From the NCBI GenBank assembly GCA_030141605.1, contig JAQGDQ010000080.1, positions 186,001 through 250,000 of the forward strand: DNA of 64,000 nt, given 5' to 3'. Positions 1 through 12,400 of the stretch are shown in pieces. A program made the position numbers and the translations under genes. Under the pieces are notes generated by a model, which was not told the DNA's origin, did no database searches, and saw nothing but the letters and a program-made list of their open reading frames with translations. The stretch comes from Tubiluchus corallicola. Lineage: Eukaryota; Animalia; Priapulida. Position 1 is the stretch's first letter; each line of letters begins with the position of its first letter.

Positions 1-225
1 TGTATCCAAAAATTTTTATTTCGATCAGATAATTTCGTTATGCTCACTTTTTTATTTTTCTTAGTTCAAATTATGATCTGTGCATTTCTGCATCAACAGT
101 AACATTTAAGTTCAAGTTTTTGTTACTACCTTTTTGTGCACTGAAATTAAAAAGATTATAGATTAACAAATGCATGTGGTGTTGCACATTAGAATATTAA
201 TTATAATTTTTATTTGTTTGTGTAG

Positions 226-3200
226 TTGTTGTAGGCGCTAAAGTTGTTGCGTGCTCACAAATTGAAGATGTCATCGACTGTCTTATAACTGGCGCTACTG
301 TCCGGCACACAGGTAGCACCTTAATGAATGATTATTCAAGCCGGTCGCATTCAGTCTTTACAGTTACTGTTGGTAAGTTTTTTAAGTTCTGCAAGTTCGA
401 ATTACGGTTTTAAGGAATCTATATTCCATAAGTGCAATATTAGAAAAAGTTAGTGGCTGGCAAGGTTATTTTATGCAAACATGGTCATCCTCCCAAAAGA
501 TAATAACAAGCCACTTAGTATCCCTAGAACAGAACATCAGTATGAATCAATGTATGATAACTAATGAAATATTAATAATTTCTGTATGATAACCACCTGT
601 GAGTGGTAACTACGTAGGAAAATTCTTTAAGCACTTTTGTACACGCGTACAAAACTGGACACCTACTAGATAGATTTTTAACAAATGTTGTCAGAATTCA
701 CAATCACTGTTAAAAGGTAATTTTGGAAATAGCGTGTAACAGATATAACATTTGTAACAGTTTAACTAAAAGTAATCTATAAGTGCACTAACTAAACTGC
801 ATTTTGAAAGAAAAGTCATGCAAGATTCAAAGAAATGGTGATGATAAAGTAATTTTAATTCAAAAGGCATCTGCTGAAAGTGATTGTTGTGGTTAATTTT
901 TTATGTTTTTGACGATTATTATTTGGACAAATTAGGATAAAACAAAATTAAATTAAACATGTAAAACTCGAAATTGCAATATAGTTAAGTATGATAGTAT
1001 AAAGCTGTTACCATTTTCCCGACCTTGTGCGAATAATAGAAATTAAAGTAACAATTAAAGACACGTATGTTTTCAAATAACAATAAAAATTTTTCAAAGT
1101 TCCACCTTACTAGTGTATAAAATATAAATTTTGATTGCAGTCAGCAAAAACTTCATTATCATCAGGGTTATATCCTTCAAAAATTTTACTATCTATGATG
1201 CATTTATGGTTTATACATGCTCTCAGTTTGTAGAGGTCAGTGCATTTTGTTCCAACTGCTAAAGTTGTGCAACATAATTCCTTGCATACTGCAAAACACT
1301 TTTAAGACATTATCTCCATAACACTTTCACCCTATGCATCACAATAATTAGATTTTTTATTTCTGCATCTTGAACATAAATACTATTTACTACTGGTGGA
1401 GTCTCTTCCATTCACAGTTGTCAAAGGCGTTTCTGTGAATTCTTTTCTTATGCAGGATTGGACAGTGAGGGATTTTGGGGTTTCTTGGATTAACTTCTAT
1501 AACAAAATCTGTAATAGTGGCCCTGACCAGCTACAGGGTCTCAAATGCTGCTGCAATTGCAAAGATTCAATTTACAGATTCTACATTATAATTATCTTTT
1601 CTATCACAGCTACAAAATAATCTCTTACTTTTATTCTACAATTGCTGTACTATTCTACTTCAAGAAGTCGTCTTATATTATACTGAAAGTGGACAGACAA
1701 AAAACTGCACGAGAATGAGATTGAGTAATGTACAGGGTGTGCCAGAAGTCTGGAGTTATATTATTATTCTACGACATTCTACGAATATACAGAGCTTTTA
1801 GGAGCGTCAGAATTAGTGTCTAAATGCTTGAGTGATGATATTAGATTAACATAATTACCTATAGGACCATTTAGTGTTCATCCAAGCTTGGCACTAATGC
1901 ATATGCATGTGACACCTGTCTTTACCAATTTTTGCAGCAACAAGAATTAGAAATATTTTGTATAGCTTTCAAGTCATGAACAAAATAGCCAGAAAAATAT
2001 TAAAATTTCATTTATTTACAACATTGCAATGCTTTTTAGGAAATTTACCCTAAGCCGTGGTATCCAAAGCCTTGAATCATCTTGGCTGTTACCTGTTTAG
2101 ATTTGGAACCACCCGCAGTGGCCAAAATAGATGGCTGAAGGTTGATGATATACTAAATTTCCAACATAATGGTTAATTTTTTATATGATAGATAATCAGT
2201 AGATAATACTTTTTATGTTTATAAAGTACATTCTTAAAATATACCTTTTAAGTTTATTTTAATAATCTTTGTGTTCTTTAGTTTAATAAAGCTATCCTTA
2301 CTCACAAATTTTAGAGAATTTATTTCACTGCTTAACAGTGGCGTGCTAATTTGTGACAAAGAAAGCTGTTTTGCACATAGCAAATAATATAATAGATATT
2401 CAGATAAAAACAGATACTGCAGTGCTAGTTACTGTAAGTGGGATGAAAGTGTGATTTAAATTTTTGTGAATTGAGTTTCAAAGCTTTGTGTGAGATGTGA
2501 TATTTTTGCAATGCACAACTCCAAGTGAATTATGCTGGCTAAAGATTGAAATTTTTAGTTCATTTCACTGTAAGTAACATTGCCAAGTAATTTGCTGTTT
2601 TATTAGTAATATTACTGTCTGTATTGACAGCGTATACGAAAATCTAGACATCTGCCACACAAAGAATATTAGTATCTGCTGTTGTCACATTATTGGACTG
2701 GAGTCGCATTAGTAGCTTAAGTCATAGTGATAAGAAGCGACAAAAGTAGGTGGTAGTTTAATTAGCTAATCACTGACACTTTTGCTAACATATTTTATAA
2801 ATTGAACATCTACCAGTTAACAGAGCTGACATGCTACCGCAAAGAGCTAGAAGTAACTTTGTATACTAGTATAATTCATGCATGTGGCATTCTTCGGAAA
2901 AATCACAAATATTTCCAGCACACACTAATTTTATGGCTTAAAGTAATTGCTACATGGTTTTTTAGAAAAGTGCAATTTTTTTGCATTTGTCTAGCTATCT
3001 TCATATTATTAGAAGTAAGTTTTTACATGAAGTGCTGATGTAACAAACTGCGAGATTTTGTTTTTATGAATTCATTTTAATTTATCCAGAGCAAAAATGG
3101 TTGAAGTATCCAAACAACTTAACTGAATTAAAAGACAGTAAAGATCATCACAGTCACCTTTCAGGTAAAGTTGTGTGCACATTTGTGTGCACAGATTACT

Positions 3201-3413
3201 CAAATATACTTATTTCTGGTTTTTGCTTTTTTTGTAAATGAATTTGCCATTTCTTGTTTTTCTAAATGCTGATAAAGCTTTTTTAGAAATCAATTTAATT
3301 TAAATATAATTTTGTAGATGTGGTTCACCATTTAACATCAAAGTTTAATTTTGTGGATTTGGCGGGATCTGAGCGTGCTCACAGAACAGGAAATACGGGA
3401 GAGCGACTAGCAG
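226..3413 (+). CDS. KIF27: KIF27-like motor domain exons upstream of the giant intron (switch I and switch II)
   Basis: Exon 226-372: [48 protein letters not shown]. Exon 3090-3164: loop insert. Exon 3318-3413: [27 protein letters not shown], ending at a phase-1 GT donor at 3414. Confidence 0.92.
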
Positions 3414-6400
3414 GTATGAGGATTTTTATTAGCATTAATATTTGTGTTTGGTTAAATGCTGTTACTGCCCATTAATTTTTTTGGCAAGTTGAACTGGACA
3501 TCAGAGACAGTATGCTTGCTGTGCACCTAAGATTATTTTAGTGCATTTTTAAAAAGAACCTTTAGAAAATAGGACATAACATGAACTGATTTTAAAATCA
3601 AAGGTTAATTGTTATCTGTCATATAAGTTCAACAATGATTGTTTTAGTCCTTCATTTTTTTCATGTTTCTTGGCAAAGATTCTCAGTCTTGTAATATAAT
3701 CTGTGAGAACTTAACACTTGACATGGATGGCATTTGCAATATTCAACACATTTTTGTGATGACCTTGATAAAGTTTATTGATCATATGCTTAGCTTAAAG
3801 TTGCTTTGCTTAAATTAATGAAATTCATATTTAACATTGCTTTTCTTTTTAATTTAAAGAGTTGTTTCTTTACATAAACAAGTTAATAAGGTAAGCTAAG
3901 ATTGACTAACCTTGTTCAAAGATGTTTAAGTTCTGCTTAAGCCATGTACAACTTTTATTTGTCCATTTGTATATAGTGAGCTGAATATGCACCAGTCGAG
4001 AGTGTTTGACACCAACTGTTTGTATTTGTACCTGTACTAAATCTGATAAAGAAAGTTTATGACCTTTTCTGAGCTGCACACGCACAAATTCTTATCTGTC
4101 TGTATTGCAGTTTAAACAACTTCAAGATGCCATTGTTCTCGTAGGATAGATCTAGCACACTCAAATATTATACAGTTGTTATATAACTGTCAAAGTATGA
4201 AATACACAAAAACAGTACAAATGGTGAGATCAGAGTTATCTTGTGTTAGATTTTTGACTAGATTAAAATACGCTGGTGAATAACATGAAAGGCTTGTTCA
4301 CCATTATAGTTGTCAATATGTTACTGAAGTATCCAAAACATTTGCAATTTACGAGAAAATTATTATTTTCTAATTTAAATGAGACCAGGCACAAGAGATT
4401 TTGATTGTCATTTGCATAGATTAACTTTCAAGGGAGAGATCAATGAATTACGTTGAGAAACTGATATTGTATTAGGTAACAACATTCCTACTTATTTAAA
4501 AGCTCCAAGTTAGCAGGAATGAATATTCTTAGTAATTTAAGTAATTTGTGTTAGCTGCCTTAAAGACCCATGATCAGCTTGCATCATAACTCGGAAGAAC
4601 AATTATCATTAAGCTTATTCATAAAGTAATGTAACTCATTTCTACTGAGCTATAGTTTTTTAGCTGCATGAATAAAATTCAGTGACTTTGCCCTTTAGTA
4701 ATAGAATTTAATATACACACAGGAGTGTAACAGAATTGCACACAATGTGTTATTGAGCAATTACATTGAAATACGTTTAATTAAGTTAAATATAACTTAT
4801 CATAACATCAACTTTCTGTTAAAAAATGCATACTGTTAGCACACATATAAGTGGTACTTATAAATAATCTACTCAAATAACTCCACCCTAATTTTACACA
4901 AGCTTGGCAAATATACTTGGTGTTCCACAACATCATGCGATGTAGCAATAAAAAAAGGGTATGTTAGGTAGTTTATTGCATATATAATGTTATATAAGCA
5001 TCTTATAAAAAACAAAATGGTGCTATTGATATAGTGCATTTTAATATAAATTTCTCCTGTTTATTAAAACTACTAATGATCATTACAGACATTACAATTA
5101 AGTTTATGTAAAAGATTTATATAATTGCACAAAATGATGTGCACACTTACCAATTCATTAAAGATGCTAAAAATGAAGGAACTAAATTGTATTTTGTTTC
5201 TTATTACCTGAAATGGTTACTGGTATACAAGCGATGATGTATTTTTAAAATCTGAATAAAATTGAAAATATAATAACATTGCTTTTTCTTTTGCAAGGTA
5301 CCATGCTTACAGAAAAATTGTCATTGTATTTCAACAATTAGGCAACACACATGTACTTAACATATTTAATTAAACTTCGTTGTTCGACATGAAAGATTCA
5401 TTTGACAATAAATAAATTTCCTAGCAGGCATAATGATTATATTTTTCATGTACTAAAAATATCCATAATACATCACAGACTTGACAAGCTTGATCATTTC
5501 TTAATTTAAATCACAGATATTATACTAAAAAATTGTAACATAGATTTCGTTTTCTCGTATAAATAATATGTGCACTATAAACATTGCGCAAATTATCATT
5601 AAGAGTTCCTGTATTGATGCAAGGAAGACTAGAAAATATGATTGCATATTAAGCAGGGATTACGTCAATACAAACCTTGCTACAGATAAAAATGCAAATC
5701 CTAATATCCACTTTTTATCTAGCAGTAATTGTGGTGAAGAATTTGACTGGTCTAGTGATTTCTCACTTTTACTTGCTTCTTTCTTTCCATTAAACATACG
5801 GTTTTGTATTTCTAGCAATTTTAATCTCTTCTTTGTTTGCACTTCTTGCTGCGTGCAGCCAATCGTGTGTAATTTATCCTCAGGCCAAAATGGGGCTTGG
5901 TTGAACTCATCACAGTCCACTTTGTCATCACCTACATTATGAAGTAACTTGTTAACATAATGCTTCCATGCTTCCGGGAGTTTGATAATTGATTCTTTTG
6001 CTAATTGGATAGCTGAATTAATACTGTGCTGAGTGAGACTCAATGTTTTACATTAGTAGGCTTTGCATAAGTATTTGGATTGGAATGTATGTTGCTAGTT
6101 TATTGGGCTGTTAGTTTGCAGTTGAATGAAAAGGAATGGTCATAATACAGATAGTACCTGTGTCATATGATTTAACTGGGTATCTTGCGTAAAAAATTTA
6201 GTGGCTGGCAATGATCCATAAGAGATTTATTTCAGTGTTTCTAATAACAGAAAGTTTTTTCTAGTAAAGAATTTGTTTACAAAGTGTTGGAAATATAATA
6301 TAAATAAATACTTACCATTTGTATCAGCTTCCTGAAAAGCTTGTTGTAGAAGTTTAACCAACTTCTTGTCTAGATCATCTCGTACTTTACCTACGGCAGC

Positions 6401-9400
6401 CATCAACTCTGCTTCGTTTACCATGCCATCCTCATTTTCATCATAGGAGCTGTGAATTAGCAAGTCTGTCCTGTTGTTTAATCTTGCTGCTATCACATAG
6501 ATGTATTGTGGTGTTTGTGATTTTGAATGTTTGCAGTCAGACACAGCTTGCTGTCTGGTTGGCAATCCTGCATTAGTAAAGTTTACATGAATATATTGTT
6601 TTCAAAGCTTTTGTTTGTTTTTCATTGCTGTAAATAATTTGTCCAACATCATTTAAAGTCAGTTACAATCCAACACCTTTGGATTAGATTATTTTATCTG
6701 ACACATAAAAATTAAATCCTATGATTAAATTAAAAACTGGTTAGGTCGTTCGGATGACTTTTTTAAACTATTATTGTACTATTATTAGTCATAATTCCTC
6801 TAATTTATCACTTACCATGTTTTTTGTTCAGAGCTAGTTCAATGATGCTGTAAGGCTTTATATTATAGGATTTTAGTTCACACCCATCAGCTAGTTCTGT
6901 TTTCTTATAAGAAAGAACTTGTTGTCTGGGTGGGTATGACTGCTGGCGCCAAAGCTGTCGCTTTATATCATCTGCAGTGTCAGTCAGGGTTACAACTGCT
7001 GTTAGCAAGGTTCCTTCTGGTGTTTTTATGTGAATTTGCATTTTATCACCTGTAAAATTAATTCATGTTGAAAATCATTTAAATCATAAAAGGCGACAAA
7101 ATTAAATTCTTTTGTAACAGCACAAACTATCAATTAGGTATATGTGCAATACGGAATGTTAATATTTTGAAATAAATTATTGTTTACATCATTTTTAACA
7201 CTAATTAATTAATAAAATAATTATTTTAAATTGTTGGCACATGTCATACTTCCTACCTAGTCTAGATGAAAATTACAAAAGAAGAATGATCAACTTTCCT
7301 TGTGTGTTTCAAATTTGCAAATATTTATTCTCTGCTTTTGTGTTTGCGATTTCATTGTATTTTTTACGTGAAAATAGAAATTACTGCAAACTTAGAGCGA
7401 CTGATCATAAATTTATTGAAATTGATCATAATATTCCAGCAGATTTAAACAATTTTATGGTTATGTTCATGGAGCCAGTTTGGTATTTATGTGCGAAAGA
7501 AATTTTCCTGTTTAAAGTAACGTGAATTTAATTTTTTGGCGTAGTCAAGGTTTCATGCTAATAAGCGCATTACGTGTGCAAGACATCATATACATTGCTT
7601 TTTTAGTGCTTGTTGTACATAACAATATTTCTTTTGCTTATTGTTATCTTTTCAGTTACTTCAATAATTTAATTTTATATAGAAAGTAAAGTAATCAAAA
7701 AGTTTAATGATAAGTATGCATTAAAGAAGCTTGTTTAGAACTCTTACCTTGCACAACATGTTCTGTATATCCCCATCCACATGTAAGCACTTGAGGTATT
7801 AGAAAAAATAGAATCACTACACTTATAAACATGTTTTTCATATTTGTCATCCCAATATCAGCATTCACCATCATATCAATTGCAGTATTTCACGTATAGG
7901 TTTTTCAATCTTGGGAGGTCTTCGTCTGTCTGATGCAAAGTCAAACTCTATTATGGCATTATGGCATGGTGTCGCCATCCCTGCCTGATATTACTTTTTT
8001 AAGTTCCGTGATTCATGTCATGCATTCTAAGAATGTGGGTATGTCTCGCACAACTTGGCATAAACCAGTCATGCTAAAAACTCTGTCTTGTACGTAAGTT
8101 GTTTAGAAGCATAAAGTTAATTGACGATGGTTATAGGACTGACGGTTTTACACACAGTATCACTCTATATATAGAGTTAAAATTTGCGTGTGGAAGTGAT
8201 TCACTTCACTTCCCGTCAGTGAGATTACATTTGTCGGAAAAGCATTCAAGAGCGTACATGTTTAGTGGCTAAAAAGGGTAATGCCACAATACTGTGTGGG
8301 TGTAAATAGGAAACTGTCAAACTTTCAACAAAAATAAAAATTCCCATGGCCAGCTAGGCAAACAAACAAATGGAAAACAAACAAATAAATAAACGAGGAA
8401 ATTGCCATATTGTGCCTTTACATAAGAAAAACGATCAGAATTGCACCCACCATGAAATTTAGAGTATCATATTCTCAGTCTTTGTCCTTTTTTGATGGCC
8501 AGTTTTGAGTCAATTTTATTTTGACATGTTACTCTTAAGAGTAAATGTTTTCTAATGTTTCACTGTGTGTGGCACGTAAAAATAAAAAGCTGGGCCAATG
8601 AATTCTGAAAGATGACGTTGTTTCCTGGCTGTTTTTGGCAGAGATTGTTTTAGAAAATGTAATACGTGTGTTTGCTAGCTAATTTATATTCCTTGGAATA
8701 GCAATACACCAGAAATTAAACGAACATTTTGTTTGTGTGTTACTGGCTTTATATTAGGAACTAATAAAAATAGTCTGACTGTCAAGATTATAAGTAAAAT
8801 CATTTACCATTGATTTTTGTCCTTTTTTGTTTGTACATTTAGCATAATTTTTTACTACTCATTAAAATATATTGTGTCTCAAAAGTCACTATACACTTTG
8901 ATTTCTAATTTCGTTTTTGAACTGTCCTCCAATCTCAGCTATCTCTGACATGAATCAAAAATGGTCTTTCGTGATACTTTTTATTTTATTTTTTACTGGA
9001 ACCTCATTGCCATGGTAACAACAGTAACATGAGAAATAGGTGCAGAATCAGCAAGCTGCGAGGTTGTTCGATCACCAATTGAAGTTCAGAGGAAATTCAG
9101 TGCACTGATTAGACTATACTATTATCTCACGATTAGCAATGCAGTTTTTCAACAAAGTGCAGCCCTTCTTCATTACTAATGGTATGGGAGAGACCTTCCC
9201 AATGCAAGACGGTCCTTGCCACTGGATTGGTCTCTGAAGCTCTTGAAGTCCCTGAAGAAAGTAGCAAAAAATAGCAAAGCCTATTAGTGTAGTATTTCTT
9301 TTTAGCTTTTAGTACCCTACCCAGTCTCTCTGAAATTTGAAACTATGTTCAAAACTGTCTGACTAGATCTCATCAATGTTTGCTCTTTTTCTATGTTTGC

Positions 9401-12400
9401 TCTTTTCATAATGTATCACCATGAAAAAAACAGCTAAATTATAGAAACTTTCTTGGTGATAACTTTGTTTTATGCTAAACTAGCTCTTCAGAAGCAGATT
9501 ACAGAAGTGTCAGTGGTGCATCACGCTTATTTTAAATAAGTCCTTATCACAGTATCTGCTGTGTTTTTGTTTTTGTGGGTTTATGGGTTTATAGGTAGCC
9601 ACCTGTTGTTCATTAAAAGTGATGCACAAATTCCCCATTCACAAGTTTCTAAACAATTTTTTCTTCAATGACTTTGCTTTTCATACTTATTTAAATCATC
9701 CAAACTATGCACTTCCATAACGTCATAGTTATTTGTTAGCACAAATATGTTTCCATCGTTAACCCAAGCCTTTTGAACTAATGGCTTCTTTTGTTTTACT
9801 TTCTTCAATAATCTCTTTCTCCTGTGCGTGAGGTGACGTTTTATTTTGATGTTGGAATCGTTTGCTACACGTTTCCGAGCGTGATGCAATGCATTGCGAT
9901 CGGACAGGCAGCTAAAGCGAACTAATATTGCACGACGTCTGTTTCTGTGTCTGCTTCTGCTTCCTGTTCTTTTGGCATATTCAATACTGTCTTTGGTGAG
10001 ATTCACACCTAATTCTGCAGCTACTGAGATCACGCCTAATTCTGCTTCACCAAGTTTTTTCATTTCTTTGTTAGCACTAATATTCTTGAACATGGTAGTT
10101 GCAAACGGTTCAGTTATCCCTTCAATAACCAGATCGTAGCGAAATATATTCTGCTGTAGTTGGTCTACTTCCAACATTAGATTGTTTTTCTGTTTTTTTA
10201 GATCCTCTATCAGGATATGTAGATCATCTTTGAGGTCAGTGTACATTTGCTCTTGCTTGTTTCCCACACAGGCTACAGCATTTATAAAGCTGTTGTCCCA
10301 TTGATCATTTATTGCATGTTCTTTTAAACAAAACTGTACATCACCATGGAGGCCTGGTGGCAAACCCTTCATTATTCCTTCATCATCACCTCGATAGTGA
10401 TGAGATGTGGTACTGGATGCTTCCTGAACTGCTTTTGAGGTAGATTTTGTTGTTGTTGTAGAGGATGCACTACTTTTCTGTCTTGCTGGTTCTGTTCAGA
10501 AAATTAAAAAATTTAAAAACAAAAAGGTGGAAACATGAAATCTATTGTTTTGGACCATAAAAGAGAACATCTCATTTCAATATAATGTACTCTACTGTAT
10601 AATGAATAACATATAGCATATATTAATTTCGGTGGTATATATATATATAAGGTCTGGACCCACAGATTTGCCAATGGGGATTTATTTTTAAAATCGGTCC
10701 CACCGGGAGGAACGGGGGAGAGCGAAAAAACTCCAAAAATGGCCATTTTTTGCCAGTTTTTTGCAAAACTTATACCTCTTATTTCTAGAGAACAAGAATG
10801 TGCCAAGGGCGGTGCTGGTAATGGCTGAATAGCCCATTCAATGGTGGGTGTAATAGTCATATTTAGATTTCACAGGAGGGTCACCAATGCCCGCTACGGG
10901 CATTTTCCCGAACCTAACTCCCAATTTTTTCGAAATTTTGATCAAACGGCATGCGGAACAAACATTCTAGCGGCCCCTGATGGACCCTCGAATGGAGATA
11001 TATAGCTCCTTAGAAAGAGGAGGAACAGGGCTACACGATGGTGTGGGCTGTATTGTAGGATGTCTCCACCCTGAGGAGCTGTGACGATTGATTGGAGGTT
11101 CCATTTCGGGCAATTTTCGCTTGGAAAACTGCTGATTCAAAGCCACTGTTCTGACGTCATCTATTATACTCTGCCTATAAACTTATAACTTTAATTCAGT
11201 AAAAGCTGCTGCTGGCTTTGTGTTAGAAATGAGGACTAGGTAGGACGTTCATGTATTTTTGATTATAAGTGTATTTATATGCAAAATTGTTTACGGGGCT
11301 TTTGCTTGTTAATAATTAATTCTGTTGATGAAATTGGAAAACAATGCAAGTAGCATAAATGCAGGCTTTCAGAATAGTTAGGCTGTTGAGTGACTGGATG
11401 GGTGAACAGGTTTGATACTTGTTTTGGCAAGTATCACTGACCATAATGATTTAGTCTGTTTACGTCACACAGGGAGGTTGGTTTTACATTATACAATTCT
11501 GCATCTACCCATGGCTAATAGCTAAGATACCTTTGTCCAGTAGCTTAATTTAGCCTTGATAATGAGTCAGGTTTAGATATCGGCTATCCAGTTTGACTAG
11601 GCCCTGCATTTGAAAGCTGGGTTACAGCTTACAGTAAAATTTCCAGGTTTGATTTTTCAATTTCATACAGCTGAAATTACATTTTAATGTAGTTTTATTT
11701 ATAACATCATCAGTTTATCTCAGCTTGAAGTAACCACACAGACAAAGGTAAAGCAATATTAACTAGACTTTTATTTATGTTATGGAGATGGACCAGTCGG
11801 TTATTTATATACTGATTCTGACAATGAAATTCTTGTATTGTATTTTTCGCTTCATGAAGTGTTTACTTGTCAGTAAGAAACTTTCTTTGTTATAAGCAGA
11901 TGTTTACTTATGTAGTTTGCTTTTTTGCAACTGGAGTAGCATAGTGTCAATTTCATTTTACAAACCTCTGCATTTTGGGTTTTCCCTTAAAATTGCTTCT
12001 CGCATCTTCGGTTTCCAAAATATCGCCCAGTAGAATTCCTGGCAGCTTAAAGCACTATCTCCTATAGAACAAGATCAAAATTAATACATAGTTTTGCATA
12101 AAATTAATCTTGTCCTGTATCTGTTGTAAAAGTATGTAAAATTAGGAAAGTATTTCAGCTAGCACAGGGAGCAAGTGTAATCGGACACATGTTGGAGTCA
12201 TTGTCACAATATTAATCAGAAGAATTTTTGTAAGCTAGATCAAGAATGTCAAGGATAGATGAGATATAATAGATTGTAACAAATCAAAATAATTTGTGTT
12301 AAGCGATTGAATTAAGAAATAATTTGGCAATAAATACAGATATTTGTAGAACTCTTTTGATTTAATAATGTTAGAATTATACTAACGGTTATGGTCAGCA

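Noticed and set aside
1731-1760. TACAGGGTG Tc1/mariner-like terminus (also at ~63428)
   Set aside because: No matching opposite TIR or transposase found nearby.
5568-5942. 124-aa plus-strand ORF
   Set aside because: Antisense shadow of gene A exon 4 with no protein features. The same applies to 9894..10139, 13881..14126, 30573..30887 and 44109..44486 over their respective exons.
5932-6043. N-terminal part of the 127-aa ORF 5660..6043
   Set aside because: It is intronic. The real exon starts at the acceptor before 5931, which completes the EF loop [12 protein letters not shown].
6316-6567. Calling the EF-hand genes calmodulin or calmodulin-like
   Set aside because: They have signal peptides, conserved cysteines and no calmodulin-specific sequence, so no gene symbol is assigned.
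6816-7049. Stand-alone ubiquitin/NEDD8 gene or processed pseudogene
   Set aside because: It has no diglycine, is flanked by in-phase splice sites and reads through with gene A's other exons, so an internal domain exon fits better.
11625-11670. ATG-initiated mini-exon ([11 protein letters not shown]) as an independent start for the ORF1-like exon
   Set aside because: Its phase-1 donor joined to 10491 creates T+AA, a stop codon.
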